In this document: one piece after another, positions 50,720 to 63,505 of the stretch
Numbering within the stretch: position 1 is the stretch's first letter
Layout: each line of letters begins with the position of its first letter
Program-made: the position numbers and the translations under genes
Assembly (NCBI GenBank): GCA_030390025.1
Contig: CM059432.1
Location: 87,174,001 to 87,238,000 of the forward strand
DNA: 64,000 nt
Source of the DNA: Squalus acanthias
Taxonomy: Eukaryota
Reading direction: 5' to 3'
Notes under the pieces: generated by a model
The model's input: only the letters and a program-made list of their open reading frames with translations
Told to the model about the DNA's origin: nothing
Databases searched by the model: none

Positions 50720-52328
50720 TATGTGATTGACTCTTAAGGACTTTTGAAGTTCCCTTAGAAGTTGCTCAGTTGTCCAGGGCAACATGGGATGGGCTATAAA
50801 TGCAGTCCTGTCAGCATTGCCCGCAGCCCGAGAACAAATATAAAAACAATGCCTTGTGGCCACTCACCCTGTTTTCCAGTCTGCCTAATGCCTGGAATCT
50901 GCCTGATGTCCCCTAGCCTTTTTTGCTCTCTAATGTTCACCAGCCTCTCCTTTAGATCTCCTTCTCCACAAGCTTCCTATTGACATATATACATCGGCGT
51001 TGATGTTTTTAGCTTTTTCCCCCCCATCAAGTGTTGCCTTGCACAGGTCAGTTCTCACTCGGCAGAAGTGAACATTCCCAATACAGCAGCAAGAGGCGAT
51101 TCAGGGTCCACAACTGATTTTCTTAGGATGGAGTTCCAGTTGTGATTGAGGACACCACAGACACCCCCATAGGGTACCTTGGATATACTAGCAGAATCAG
51201 CAGTTTAAACAGCCGATTGGTGCACTATAAAACTATACAATCCCCTAAATCACACAAATTAGCCCCCCAAATTATGTTTTTATCCTGCCTTAACACACCA
51301 GAAACTCTTTTGGTACAAAGTAACAGTGTTAAAAAGAACCATGCGGATCATCTGTGAAGAGGCCACCCTCCACACACTACTAGAACTTTGCGGACATCAT
51401 GTTCTAGTAAAACCATTTAAATGGATGACCTCCCTCTAAGATGTTTGACCTCAGTTGATACCCCTCCAAGTGCTTCTATGAGGTATACAAGGGTTGTGCA
51501 CACTTTGGAACATCAATTTCTTTCCCCCCAGGTGAACAGGTGTTCAACGCACCAATGCGCTTCAAACTGTGACATTGATTGAAATCTTGCATTTCTTTAT
51601 TCAGCATTAAATGTGGGAGACCAGTAGAGACAGCGAATGTAGTAAAGGATTTGCAGAAGGACTTGAATTAGTGCAATTGGGCAGCCAAATGGCATATGAA
51701 ATTTCACACCAATAATTGCAAAGTTCTAATATTGGTCAAAAAATGAGAGTCATAAATATACAGTGAATAGAAACGAATTAGCAGAGAAAACTAAGAAAAG
51801 CGGCCTGAAGTGATGGAAGAAAGTCATTCAGAAATGTACAGACAATATGGAGAAACAATTAAAAAGCTGTAGAATGCTGGGACATATAGTAGAGAGAAAC
51901 TGCTAATGCTTTGTGGTGCAATGGTCACACTCCACTTGGAATACAGTCTTTCATTTTGGTCACTACAAACAACATATACATGAGAATCGCAAGCTCCAGT
52001 GTAGAAAGGAGGTTGTTAATAGGGTGCCTCATTGAGGTACGTAGCATATTAAATGGCACACAAAGGATAAACCCAGAATATTCCTTTAAAGTGAGCCAGA
52101 AGAGGACCAGAGGCATCCATTTAAATTAATGAAAAGTAATTTGAAAATAAATACGACAACAAACTTATTTACATTAAGACAAGAAATATTGGGAATAATG
52201 TGCCAGGCAGAGCACTGACAAAAAAATTAATGACATTCAAAATGAAGCTCATTGCTATAATGTGAGAAATAACAACAGAAAACGCGGGAAAAACTCAGCA
52301 GGCCAGGCAGCATCCGTGGAGAGAGAAA

Positions 52329-52371
52329 CAGAGTTAACGTTTCAGGTCGAAGACCTTTCGTCAGAACTCTG
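52329..52371 (-). ncRNA. Minimal type I hammerhead ribozyme motif
   Basis: CAGAGUU-CUGACGA-A-AGGUC-UUC-GACCU-GAAA-CG-UU-AACUCUG: 7-bp stem I, conserved core, 5-bp stem II and a palindromic minimal stem III. Confidence 0.8.
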
Positions 52372-52375
52372 GCGT

Positions 52376-52417
52376 CAGGTTCTGACGAAAGGTCTTCGAC
52401 CTGAAACGTTAACTCTG
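52376..52417 (+). ncRNA. Minimal type I hammerhead ribozyme motif, second copy
   Basis: CAGGUU-CUGACGA-A-AGGUC-UUC-GACCU-GAAA-CG-UU-AACUCUG; stem I has a 1-nt bulge. Confidence 0.72.
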
Positions 52418-52777
52418 TTTCTCTCTCCACGGATGCTGCCTGGCCTGCTGAGTTTTTCCAGCGTTTTCTGTTGTTATTTTGGATTTCCAGCATCCGCAGT
52501 ATTTTACTATTGCTATAATGAGAGAGTTTGGGTGCGAGAGGGATGAGCTTTGGTGGGCCAAATGGCATTTCTCATCCTTGACTTTCAGGCCCTTTCCCTG
52601 CATTTAGTTTACAGATTTTGCAGGTCTTTAATTTTTCTCACTGGAATTAATTGATGCTTTTTGCACTAGCTGGCATTAGGTTATTAATGATGTTCAACAC
52701 TTGTGCCAAAAAACACAATCATGCATTGGTCGATGTATTGTTTGAGTTAGCACAGTTCCAAGTGTCTTTTTATAGTA

Positions 52778-53141
52778 CAGGAAACTCTTTATTAACCGGC
52801 ACCGACGGGACCGGCGTGGTGCCGGTTAATCAAAAAGTCCGGATAACGGAGAGTTATATCTCCCAACGTACGAGAGCCCCGTACACATTGACATGCGCCT
52901 GCATTCGGAGCTCCGTCTCCCCGGGGACCGCCAGCTGACCATCTGTTGTGTCCGCTGCCTACCCGGGCTGCACATTCCCCTCCCAATCTACACGCTCCGA
53001 TACAAGGCAAACGCCTCGGGGTGTTTTTTAAAGTTAATTTTAAACGAGAGATGAAGGAAAACCCCGGTTACCTACTCAAGAATTTTGCCGGTTAAGAGAG
53101 ATTTCCGGATATTTGGGTGCCGGTTAATAAAGAGTTTCCTG
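52778..53141. mobile_element. Tc1/mariner (pogo/Tigger-like) MITE, 364 bp
   Basis: Perfect 26-bp TIR CAGGAAACTCTTTATTAACCGGCACC with TA TSD. Confidence 0.9.
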
Positions 53142-54090
53142 TACATTGCGCAATGCCCCACATCAAGCCATGTTGACATTGAGAGCCTCGGCGCAGCACT
53201 GAACAACACTGATGATAATCTAACGTCAACCAATGTGAAAAGCTTTGACTAGCTGAAAAACATTGACAAAAAAAGTACAAATTTGAAAAATAAGCATAGT
53301 AGGATACGCTGTAGAGGAGGTCTGAATGATTACTGTGCAACAGATTTACAAATTCCAAAGTCTCAACTGATGTTGCATTTTGAAGTGTACAACAATGTCA
53401 AATGTTTCTCCATTTGTAGAAAAAAGGAATGATGGTGAACATGCAACACTTAATATACTGTGTGGGAGGAGGAAACTAGGTGGACATGCACTTGCACATC
53501 CTGATATCAAAAACATCTTATAGTGAACTTCGCCCTTTGGCAGGACCTTCAAACGAGTAGCTTATCTCAAGAGACCGAAATTACTTCATATAATAATAAT
53601 GTGTAGATTCAATGTACAGTAGTTAGTTATTGTAAGTCAGCTATTTATATTGGCAATGTTCCCTGCGCTCCAGGAATCCCGCGCAGCCAGCTTTTCAATA
53701 CAAAAACCGTACATGCACGTTATTTTGAATGGCCCGCACAGCCCCTTAAAGGGGCCGTGCGGCGCCAAACAAAATTAGAGGGAATATTGTTGGCAAGTAT
53801 GTCAAAATAATTGATTAGTGAAAGTGAATGAAAGCTTTCTCTTATACTAACAATGAGCTTTTACCCATGGAGGGATTGGTGACGTTGCACTGTGCTTCTT
53901 CCTAACAAAGGTAATTGAATATAATGAACACTTCAAATATAGGTCCCCAAATTATTCTTGACCTTTGCTCTTATTTAGACTAAATTTCACTGCTGCAGTA
54001 CCAATTTGTTCACAAATATTAGGCTGCATGCAACTCTCAAATATGTAATACTTCCTTAAAACACAATGCCTTCCAGTAAACAAAGTTAAT

Positions 54091-54184
54091 GGCTCACCTC
54101 CACCTTCTCAAGGGCAATTAGGGATGGGCAATAAATGCTGGCCTTGCCAGCGACACCCACTTCCCATAAACGAATAAAAAAAAA
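54091..54184 (+). mobile_element. Family-B LINE extreme 3' end
   Basis: Matches 29640-29732, with A-tail. Confidence 0.8.
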
Positions 54185-54538
54185 CATATTGGTAGTCCAT
54201 GCAGATATAATGATTGGAAAAATTGTTTCAACAAAATAAAACCTGCTAATGTACAAAGGAGCAAGAAACTGAGACAACTTTGCTGGAAGTCTTTGGTCTT
54301 CACTGTGGACTGAAATTTTCATTAAGAATTGTTGCATTTTTAACATTTGACAGTAACACCATTCTTGGGTTGTTAAAAATTTCAATTTCTTTTCTACTTT
54401 TGTACATTTATTGTAGTTTATTTTGCTATAAATACGTTGTACCAATAAGTGTCGCCAAGTCATTCAGTCATAGGTGAACTTTCTAGCAAGGGGTCGCTGT
54501 ATAGCCTGTGAATTTTTCCCTCCCTCCCTTCCCTAGAG

Positions 54539-54942
54539 CAGGGGTTCTCAACCGGGGGTCCACGAGAAGATTTCAAGGGGTCCGCTGCCCCGCAGCTTCT
54601 CCCAACACCATTAATCTAGCCCCAGGATTGGCTCAACTCTTACCGACTGCTGATCGGCAGCCATCACAATCAGCACCATACCAGTCATGTGTTTCGCCTG
54701 ACTTCTCACCACGCTCTCCTGAGCCAGCAATTCATTTACAAAATTCAACTTTAAAACTTAACTGCCGACAATATTTTTAATACATTTTTCACTGTTTAGA
54801 TCCAATAATAAAATGTTGTTTTATGATTGCATGATGTTTGATTTATTACCATTCTCTCCCAACGCTCCTCCACCCCACTCTGGAGGGGGGTGGGGTGGGG
54901 GGGGGTGGGTAGCTTTGGAAACAAAAAGGTTGAGAACCCCTG
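54539..54942. mobile_element. hAT/Charlie MITE, 404 bp
   Basis: Perfect 15-bp TIR CAGGGGTTCTCAACC; exact 8-bp TSD CCCTAGAG. Confidence 0.92.
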
Positions 54943-56618
54943 CCCTAGAGAATTTAGCTCAGTAGGGACAGCATGCTACAATTGGCCTACAACACTGGAT
55001 ACCAGGGATCAAATTTGGGACCTTTCTAGTCTAGAAAGTTCAATACCACATCACACAACTCAGTGATCCAATATGCCTTTATTGATGACATTTTTCTTGG
55101 ACAAGGACAATTCTAGATATATTTTGTCAGAAAAGTTTTGAAGGCGAGGTTAATGCACATCTTAAATTAGAGATAACGATATTTTAAATGTGTGGCCCGT
55201 TTAAAATGGACTGGTAGAGCAGCAGTCAAAATACTTACTCTAGATAACTCTGGATTCATGTTCCAGTTCTGGGTATTTTCAGTTTTAGTCAGGTTCCTAA
55301 AGTAGGAAGTTTTTTTTTTTTTAAAAAGGAGCATAGCACCTCACCTTGGGCTTTTTCAAAAATAGAAATGCTATTCTGCTACTCACCCTAAAAGCAAGCG
55401 CATCTGCTGCTGGCTGAACATAGCATACCATCAGCAGGGTAGCCATGGAGGATCCTGCCAATTCTCCCACTCCAGAAGCTTGAGAAAGATGCATGGAGGT
55501 GACAACCCAAAAGGGGGAACAAATAAGAGTGAAAAAAGATACTGCACAACAAGAAACATGAGGTTTCTCACATGACTGTAGTGGGGCTTAATCTTCAGAT
55601 TTTTATGTTGTGCTGTAAACTATTGTCAATTACCAAAAACAAAATACCAATTTGCCTACTGCAATTTTAAGAAGGACACAACATTAAATCAAACTTAAAC
55701 ATGTGACTGGAGTTTTCTGATGATTTCCAAATACAGAATCCTAATACAAATGATTATAAATGGCAGTTTGCCTCTACAGTGTTTGAGCTCTGAAGTAGAA
55801 ATTGAAATTTAACGGACTGTATTAGAGCGCATTGAAAATGGATTACTATTTGTTTTCAATGGGCACTGTATCAAGCTTGAAAGAGAAAGAATGTACAGCT
55901 GCTGCAGATTCTCACTGAGCTGAACTCTATCGGTTGTAACCTCCCAGATGGCTTCCAACTCTATGGGATTTCAGCTATGTCTCCGCTAGCCGTCATTGAA
56001 GACCTGCACTTGCCTAATATAGTTCAAATTAATGTCACTTCATAATTTGTATGAAGTTTCATCAGCTGTAACTGGTACTATGTCAATTGACAGCAAGTAA
56101 AGGTCACTCTTTCAAAGGTAAAATTATTTAGGGTAATCTCTTGCCATTTTATCATATCAGCTGCCATTTCTTGTTCCAAAATAATAAATCTGTTGATTGC
56201 CTTGGAATCCAAATTGGAACCATTATAGATCTCTTACTTACAGGTTGTAGTTTTCCACAAATATAAATCAGTGGGCCTTTTAACTCATGTAGTCAGTATA
56301 ATTGATATCAAAAAACTTGCTATTTTATATCAGCATCCAAAAGTGAGAGATAACAGCTTTAGGGTATGGAACAGTTCCCTTTTGGATCCAGAGAGACAAA
56401 TGTCAGCTATAAAGCCACTAAACTATGTCCCTCTCTATCACTCCCTACAGTTAAATGCATTTATAATGCATTACTCCTAGAGGTTTCACACTGGATAGAA
56501 TTATACGATGTTATAAGCTAAACATTTACTAGTATAGTGAAGCAGTGTGTTGAGGCATCAATACATTGTGCCATGTAGTAATGGGATGTAGCTTCATGCC
56601 CAAGATCCCCAGACACGC

Positions 56619-56738
56619 GAGGTAAAATTGGTCTTGGGCAGTAGCGCAAAACAGGCATTGAAGTCAATGGAAAAGAAAATTGGGCGGGATGCAATACAGA
56701 CTGCCCATTTGCACTACTGCCCAAAACCAATTTCACCC
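56619..56738. mobile_element. ~120-bp hairpin MITE
   Basis: Inverted arms ggtaaaattggtcttgggcagtag / ctactgcccaaaaccaatttcacc. Confidence 0.6.
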
Positions 56739-57340
56739 TATGAGTATCCAATCTTAGCTATGGTGCTATAGGGAAGTACTGAGGGGAGAGCAGCTGAGCG
56801 AGGTTGGTGTAAAAAGTGGAAGGAGAGTCACCCAGGGTTGCTTTTGCACAGGTCACAAGCCTTCTCAGCCCTGGATGATGCACAAATAAGAGAGTTAAGA
56901 AATAGAATAAATATTTCATAATATAAAGGGATAGGGGTCCTCATTATCACTAAAATAAAGATTTTTAATAATTTACACAAGGTATACAATTATTGCTGGC
57001 ATGTGATGCCAGGATGGCTTTGCTTTTGGTACAAAGGGCAAACCCTAAATCAATGAAAGTTCCCATACAAATCTAATTTAACCCATGATCTCTTATTTTG
57101 TAAGAACACTACTTTTCCCTCCCTTTTTTAATAATGACAAATGATAAGTGCTCTGTGGCGCTGAGCAGTCAACAATGAATATCAATGAATGTGTAGGGTG
57201 GAACAAAAGAGGTGAAATAGCAGGAAAATAGTCTACATGTTCACACACAAGAACATGCACTTGATAGGAGGTAGATTTCTCAAATAAAAGACTTTACCAG
57301 TTGTACAGAAGCAAGGTTTTCAATATATAAGGTAAAACAG

Positions 57341-58876
57341 CTTGCATTTTTATAGTGCCTTTCACAACTCATGGAATAGGTGGGTCAGTGGCAGCTTGGA
57401 CAAGGAATTGGCTTAAGGATAGAAAACAGACAGTTGTTGTAAATGGCTGTTTTTCAGACTGGAGAATGGTAGACAGTCGTGTTCCCCAAGGGTCAGTGCT
57501 GGGGCCACTGCTTTTGTGATATAAAAATGACTTGGATATTGGAATACAGAGTAGAATTTCTAAATTTGCCGATGACACCAAACTTGGGGGTGTGGCAAAC
57601 AGTGATGATGATACCAATCAACTGCAGCAGGACATAGAAAGGCTAGCAGAATGGGCAGACAAGTGGCAGATGGAATTTAATACAGAGAAGTGTGAGGTGA
57701 TGCATTTTGGCAGAAGGAACAGGGAGAGGCAATATACACTTAATGGCACAGTTTTAAGGAGTGTGCAGGGACAGAGGGACCTGGGAGTTAATGTGCATAG
57801 GTCCCTGAAGGTGGCAGGACATATTGAGAGAGTGGTTAGCAAAGCATATGGGATCTTGGGCTTCATAAATAGAGGTATTGAGTACAAAAGTAGAGAAGTT
57901 ATGCTGAACCTTTATAAAGTGCTGGTTAGGCTACAACTAGAGTATTGCGTCCAGTTCTGGTCACCACATTTTAGGAAGGATGTGAAGGCCCTTGAGAGGG
58001 TGCTGAGGAGATTTACCAGAATGGTTCCGGGGATGCGGGATCTTAGCTACAAGGACAGGTTGGAGAAGCTGGATTTGTTTTCATTAGAGCAAAGGAGGTT
58101 GAGGGGTGATTTGATAGAGGTGTACAAGATATTTGACAGGTTTGGATAGGCTGGACGGGGAAAGGCTGTTCCCACTAGTTGATTGTAGAAGGACTAGGGG
58201 ACACATATTTAAGGTTTTGGGCAACAGATACAGGGGGGATGTGAGGAAAAACTTTTTTACGCAGCGAGTGGTGAGGACTTGGAACTCGCTGCCGATGGAA
58301 GTGGAGACACTCAATGTTTTCAAGGGGACACTGGATAAGCACTTGAGGGAAATAAACTTGCAGGGCTACGGGGATAGAACGGGGGAATAGGACTGACTGG
58401 ATCGCTCCACAGACTCGATGGGCTGAATGGCCTCCTTCTGTGCCGTTATGACTCTATGACTATGACTTCAGGACGTTCCAAAGTGCTTTCCAGCCAATGA
58501 AGTACTTTTTGAAGTGTAGTCACTGTTGTAAAGTAGGAAACACAGCCGCCAATTTGCATACAGCAAGGTCCCACAAACAGCAATGTGATAATGACCAGAT
58601 AATTTGTTTTAGTGATGGTATACATATTGGCCAGGATAGCGGGGAGAACTCCGTTGCTCTTCTTCGAAAGTGTCATGAGACCTTTTATGTCCAACTGAGA
58701 GGGCAGACGAAGCCTCGGTTTAACGTTTCATCTGAAAGACGGCACCTCCAACAGTGCAGCTCTCCCTCAGCACTCCACTGGGGTGTCAGCCTAGATTTTA
58801 CACTCAAGTCTCGAGTGGGGCTTGAACCCACAACCTTCTGACTCGGATGCGAGAGAGCTACCACTGAGTCAAGGCT
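57341..58876 (-). mobile_element. SacSINE1/DeuSINE-like SINE split by a CR1 (body 58467-58876, tail 57341-57370)
   Basis: tRNA head with A box tgactcagtgg and B box ggttcaagccc, Deu-like core gatgaaacgttaaaccgagg, and an L2-like tail. Confidence 0.85.
57371..58466 (+). mobile_element. CR1 LINE 3' 1.1 kb
   Basis: 205-aa ORF with KFADDTK and [10 protein letters not shown]; (ctatga)n tail. Confidence 0.93.
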
Positions 58877-60678
58877 AACACCAAAACCAAAACTCAGTAA
58901 AACTGAATCCTCAGACTTTAACAGTAAGACTATCCAACCATCTGGAGCTACAATACTAATACAACGCAAAGCTGATCCAGTAAAAACATGATCATATACT
59001 AAAACTAATGGGTGTATGGGGTGTGCCCTAAAGGTAGCACCTCTGCATGGTAAACAGCAGCAGCCAGAAGGGTACTTTTACCAGTCGTTGGTCCTGACGA
59101 CTCACTAAGCTCTTACTAGTGGTTCCAAGTGCCACACCCCGGCAACTTGCCTAAATTGGCATGCTAAACCTAGTGAGAGTACCCAAGGATTAATGGTCGA
59201 ACACTTAGTGAATTCTAGACCTCAAACTAAAAATCAGCCCCATCGTCGCTGCTGAGCTGACGGATGGGAATTTAGTTGTTGTAGTAGTATACTAAAACTA
59301 AAGATACTGGATTTCATGGCACGAAGGCGCTGGTTTTGTTGATTGTGGTTCTAAAGTAAAACAAAACCCATGACAGGATTTTGTAGTACCAATTTCACAA
59401 CAAGCTGGAGAAGAAAAGTAAAGTAATGCTTGAAGAAAAGCCATCATATTATCTGGTACAGAACGAGACTAAAAGTGGTGCAGTTGTAATGTATGTAGCA
59501 ACTTTCAGTTCTTCCTTGGTCCCAAAAGACCTACAACGTTTGTGCAATTTGCTGACCTTGCAGCTGAACTGCTTTGACTTGTACTCCCATACCAAACACA
59601 CCTGTCAATCAAACACACTTCAAGTCATCATTCCGTGCACTTTATGTCCTATTCTCCTGCCACAGTGACTTGAGTATGCATTTATAACTTAGATTTGCGC
59701 ATGCATTTTATTTGCTGCTGATCTTGCAAAGCAAGACTACTTGATTATAAAATTAGCCGGCCTCCTGCAGTTTGCAACACTCATTGGTTTGCAGTGCTCT
59801 TAGTCAGACGACACCACTGACATTTGTATCCCATTAGGATTAGGTAACCAAGCAAACTCACTGACTACCTAAGCCAAATATGTTCAAGTCTTCAATTTGT
59901 GCAGATTGCGAAAAGTTACTTTAGTAATGCTTTTCAGATAAAGCACAACTATCAACAGTTTAGTCCAGTTTTGTATTGCTTTCCAAATGGAGTTGTGAGA
60001 GAGAGTTTGATATTGACATACTGGAAACTTTTTTTTTTGTCACTGGAATGTTCACTGTATACACAAAGAGACCAGCCCCTCATTCACACACCAAGATTTG
60101 TAAAGTAAGATAACGCACAATAATGGAGAACGATATAACATGGGATTTGAACTCGATACCCTGCTGCTTCCGTATCTCAGCCATTCTTCAGAGCTAAGTA
60201 CATGTTTCCCAGAAACCAATCAGAAGCAGGGCAGTCTACTATGGTGTGTGGAGATTGTGGAATGAACAAAAATGGAGTGGTCAGGGTTAAATAATGTGGA
60301 CAGCAAATTTAAACTGACATCCTGGAGTTTTTGCTTGACAAGTTGGCCCTAATTACTTTTTAGTATTCCTAACACCTCTATCAGGTTATCTAGCACTTAT
60401 CTGACCTAGTATAGTTTGGATGTGATTACCAACCCAAGATTCTGAACATTTGTAACTGAAGACAGCCTGGTAACATTAGACAGTAGAGAGGAGAGTGTCT
60501 AAAGTTACTGAGTTGGTGCAGAAGATAACACACCATCTTTCACTACAGTGGGACATTCTCTCTTTATGCCATAACCCAGAACCCAATTGGATTTAGGTAG
60601 CGCTTTATCACATCTCTCAGAAATGTCCCAAGGTGCTTCCCGTGCAATGAATTACTTTGTAACTACTGCGAAGAAAAA

Positions 60679-61082
60679 CTTGCATTTATATAGCGCCTTT
60701 CATGACCTCAAGCCGTCCCAAAGCACGTTACAGCCAATGAAGTACTTTTGAAGCGTAGTCACTGTTGAAATGTAGGAAATGTAGCAGCCAATTTGCGCAC
60801 AGCAAGCTCCCACAAACAGCAATGTGATAATGACCAAATAATCTGTTTTTGTGATGTTGATTGAGGGGTAAATATTGGCCAGGATACCAGGGATAATTCC
60901 CCTGCTCTTCTTTGAAATAGTGCCATGAGATCTTTTATGTCCACCTGAGACAGCAGATGGGGTCTCGGTTTAACATCTCATCCGAAAGACAGCACAGCAT
61001 TTCCTCAGTACTGCATTGGAATGTCACTCTAGATTTTTGTGCTCATGTCTCTGTAGTGGGACTTGAACCCACAACCTTCTGG

Positions 61083-61113
<31 letters not shown>

Positions 61114-61117
61114 CAGC
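60679..61117 (-). mobile_element. Near full-length SacSINE1/DeuSINE-like SINE
   Basis: A box tggctcagtgg, B box ggttcaagtcc, tail aaggcgctatataaatgcaag. Confidence 0.88.
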
Positions 61118-62714
61118 TAACACTTCAAGTACTGCTATTTCTTTGCAGGTGAGTAATGAGTATCCTTACAATGATAAAAATCGAAGTAGTCAAGAATGCT
61201 AATATTAATCACGGTATGAACAAAATATTAAGAGGAAAAAGTACAGAGCATAAAAATATATTTGACTATAGGAGCCACTGCTCTTGCCCTGAAGCCCAGG
61301 CTGGTAACAGTGTATAATGTGAATTATCTTACACAAGTAACAGACTGTTAAGTAACCACAGAAAGCAAACTACTAATCAGACAAGCCTCTACAGGATCAT
61401 TTAGATTTTTCTTCATTATTTTTTCCAACTTTATCCAAATTTAAGTGGTAAACACATCTCCACTTTTCCCCTTTCTCATAAAACATATAAAAATTATACT
61501 GGTGTGTAGAGTTTCTAACCATTCTAATGTTTAGCGTATCCATTACAAACCGACTTATTAGCACAGAGACTTGTTTGCATGAATCACTTTTCTCTGTCCA
61601 CTTGAACTCCCCTGAAAGAATCTCAGTGTAATTCTGTTGTATTTTTATTGTAAACTCAACAAATATCAGCTAAGAGTTTCCACTTTGGGAGCAATCCGTG
61701 ATCTGGGCACAAATTGTGCTCAAAATTGCGCTAGTTTTAAGAATTGGGTTTTTTTGGCTCAATTTTCCGCTCAAACTGATTTGTACAACACCAAACGCAA
61801 AATCTTCCATGAACCAGCACAATTGGGCAGCGTTTTCAAACGTAATTTTTAAAAATGTTACATTAAAAAATATTCCTTGATATACTTAAGATTGGTAACC
61901 TGGTACAGTTTGATTAATACAGCTGAAAATGGGTTTATCACAAATAATAAGCATTTTAAACTATACAGAACCATTTACTAGTTACATTGGTGTACAGGAA
62001 TCAGTTTCTTAGAAAATTAAAAAAAATTATATTCAAAAACGTTTAAAACGTGACTAGTGGTGTCCCTGCGCCTAAAAAAACCCTTCATTTTAAGAGCCTC
62101 CTTGAAGGCTCGCCAACGAGCACAATTAACAGAAACTCGCCATGGTGATTAATTTGATTTGGGGACATGGCCAACTTCTAGCGTGTTTTTTTAAAAAAAA
62201 CTAGTGCAAACGATCGCGGAAACTCGATTTGCACCGGACATAATTTCCGCTTGAAATTCCTCAATCTTTTGTGCTGGTTTGGCCAATTTTGGGCGCATTG
62301 TGCTGAAAAAAGACAGGGCAACCTAGCGGAAACTCCAGGCCATTACTTCTTATCTTTTTCTCTCATGATTATTCATGTTTCATTTAAAAATGACAACAGT
62401 CCCACACTGGGGCCTGAAATTCTATGGCTGTTCCACCAGACTGCCACCGTAAATCTGGTGGGAATCCATCGGAATGGGAGGAGGCTAGAGCTCGGGGAGC
62501 ACTACTGCTCCTCCTGGCCCACAAGGAGTGCTAAAACAGGCTCTTAACCTTGCACTGTGGGAGCCCAATTAAAATGTATTAATTAAGACTGATATCTGCT
62601 GCCACAAAAATGGCGGCAAGGACGTGCATGTTGGGTTGAGGTCGTGTTCCGCACGTTACACTTTCTAACGCCGATCCTCTCCCACCTGTCGTGGGAAGAG
62701 GATAATATCGAGGC

Positions 62715-63022
62715 CACTGTCTTTGAGAAGAGACGTTAAACCGAGGCCCTGTCTGTTGGATGCAAAAGATCCCATGGCACTATTCAAAGAAGAGCAGGGG
62801 AGTTCTCCCAGTGTCCTGGACAATATTTATTCCTCAAACAACACCACTGATCCAGATTATCTGGTCATTATCTTATTGTTGTTTGTGGGATCTTGCTGTG
62901 TGGAGATTGGCTGCGACATTACCCTACATTACAATAGTGACTACACTGCTAAAGTACTTAATTGGCGGTGAAGCACTTTGCGGCATCCTGAGGACGTGAA
63001 AGGCACTATATAAATGCAAGGT
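62715..63022 (+). mobile_element. SacSINE1-like SINE, 3' part
   Basis: gagacgttaaaccgaggcc...aaagatcccatggcactatt...aggcactatataaatgcaag. Confidence 0.82.
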
Positions 63023-63249
63023 CTTTCTCTTTATGTCTTTAACAATTTAAAGTGGCCCTCTCACACGAGGCTGTAGATGCAGCCATATTCCTCTGAGGGT
63101 GGGGGGCGTGGTTGCAAGCCTTGGCATCCTTCCAGCAGGCCAGTTTACAGTGGTGAGTCCAGGGTCCTCGTCAGGGGATGTGCCACAAGTACTCACCCAA
63201 ATTGCCAAAGGCCTGGTGGTGGTGGAGACCCCTCCCTCGAATGTGCAAA

Positions 63250-63505
63250 ATTAAGCCTCCAAATCAGAAAGTTGTAGGTTTAAGCTTCACTCCAGGAATT
63301 GAATTTATAATCTAAGGCTGACACTCCAGAGAAGTAATGAAGGAGTGACGCATTGTCAGAGATGCAGCCATTCAAATGAGTCATTAAACCAAGCTATAAT
63401 CAGGTGGATGTAAAGGATCTCATGGCTCTATTTGAACAAGAGCATGGAGCTATTCTGTGTCTTGGCCAACCTTCCTCCCTCAACCAACACCACAAAAAAC
63501 AGATT
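63250..63505 (+). mobile_element. Degenerate SacSINE1-like SINE, 5' part
   Basis: Colinear with the reverse complement of 60840-61090. Confidence 0.65.

Larger units (their letters stand above)
52267..52508. mobile_element. Penelope-like inverted terminal-repeat element, 242 bp
   Basis: 101-bp arms (52267-52367 / 52379-52479) with one mismatch and an 11-nt spacer; 16-bp TSD ATTGCTATAATG(T/A)GAG (52251-52266 / 52509-52524). Confidence 0.85.
51630..52600 (+). mobile_element. Very old CR1 3' portion hosting the Penelope-type palindrome
   Basis: Degenerate LQKDL..WA.KW.M.F and LV..HLEY motifs; 3' end tgggccaaatggc. Confidence 0.55.

Noticed and set aside
52227..52568. Two opposite-strand ORFs with near-identical peptides
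   Set aside because: An artefact of the DNA palindrome.
58800..58876. tRNA gene (also ~61040-61117)
   Set aside because: The A/B boxes are the heads of tRNA-derived SINEs and continue into SINE body.
59085..59135. CTGACGA as another hammerhead core
   Set aside because: No stem II followed by GAAA, and no closing stem I.
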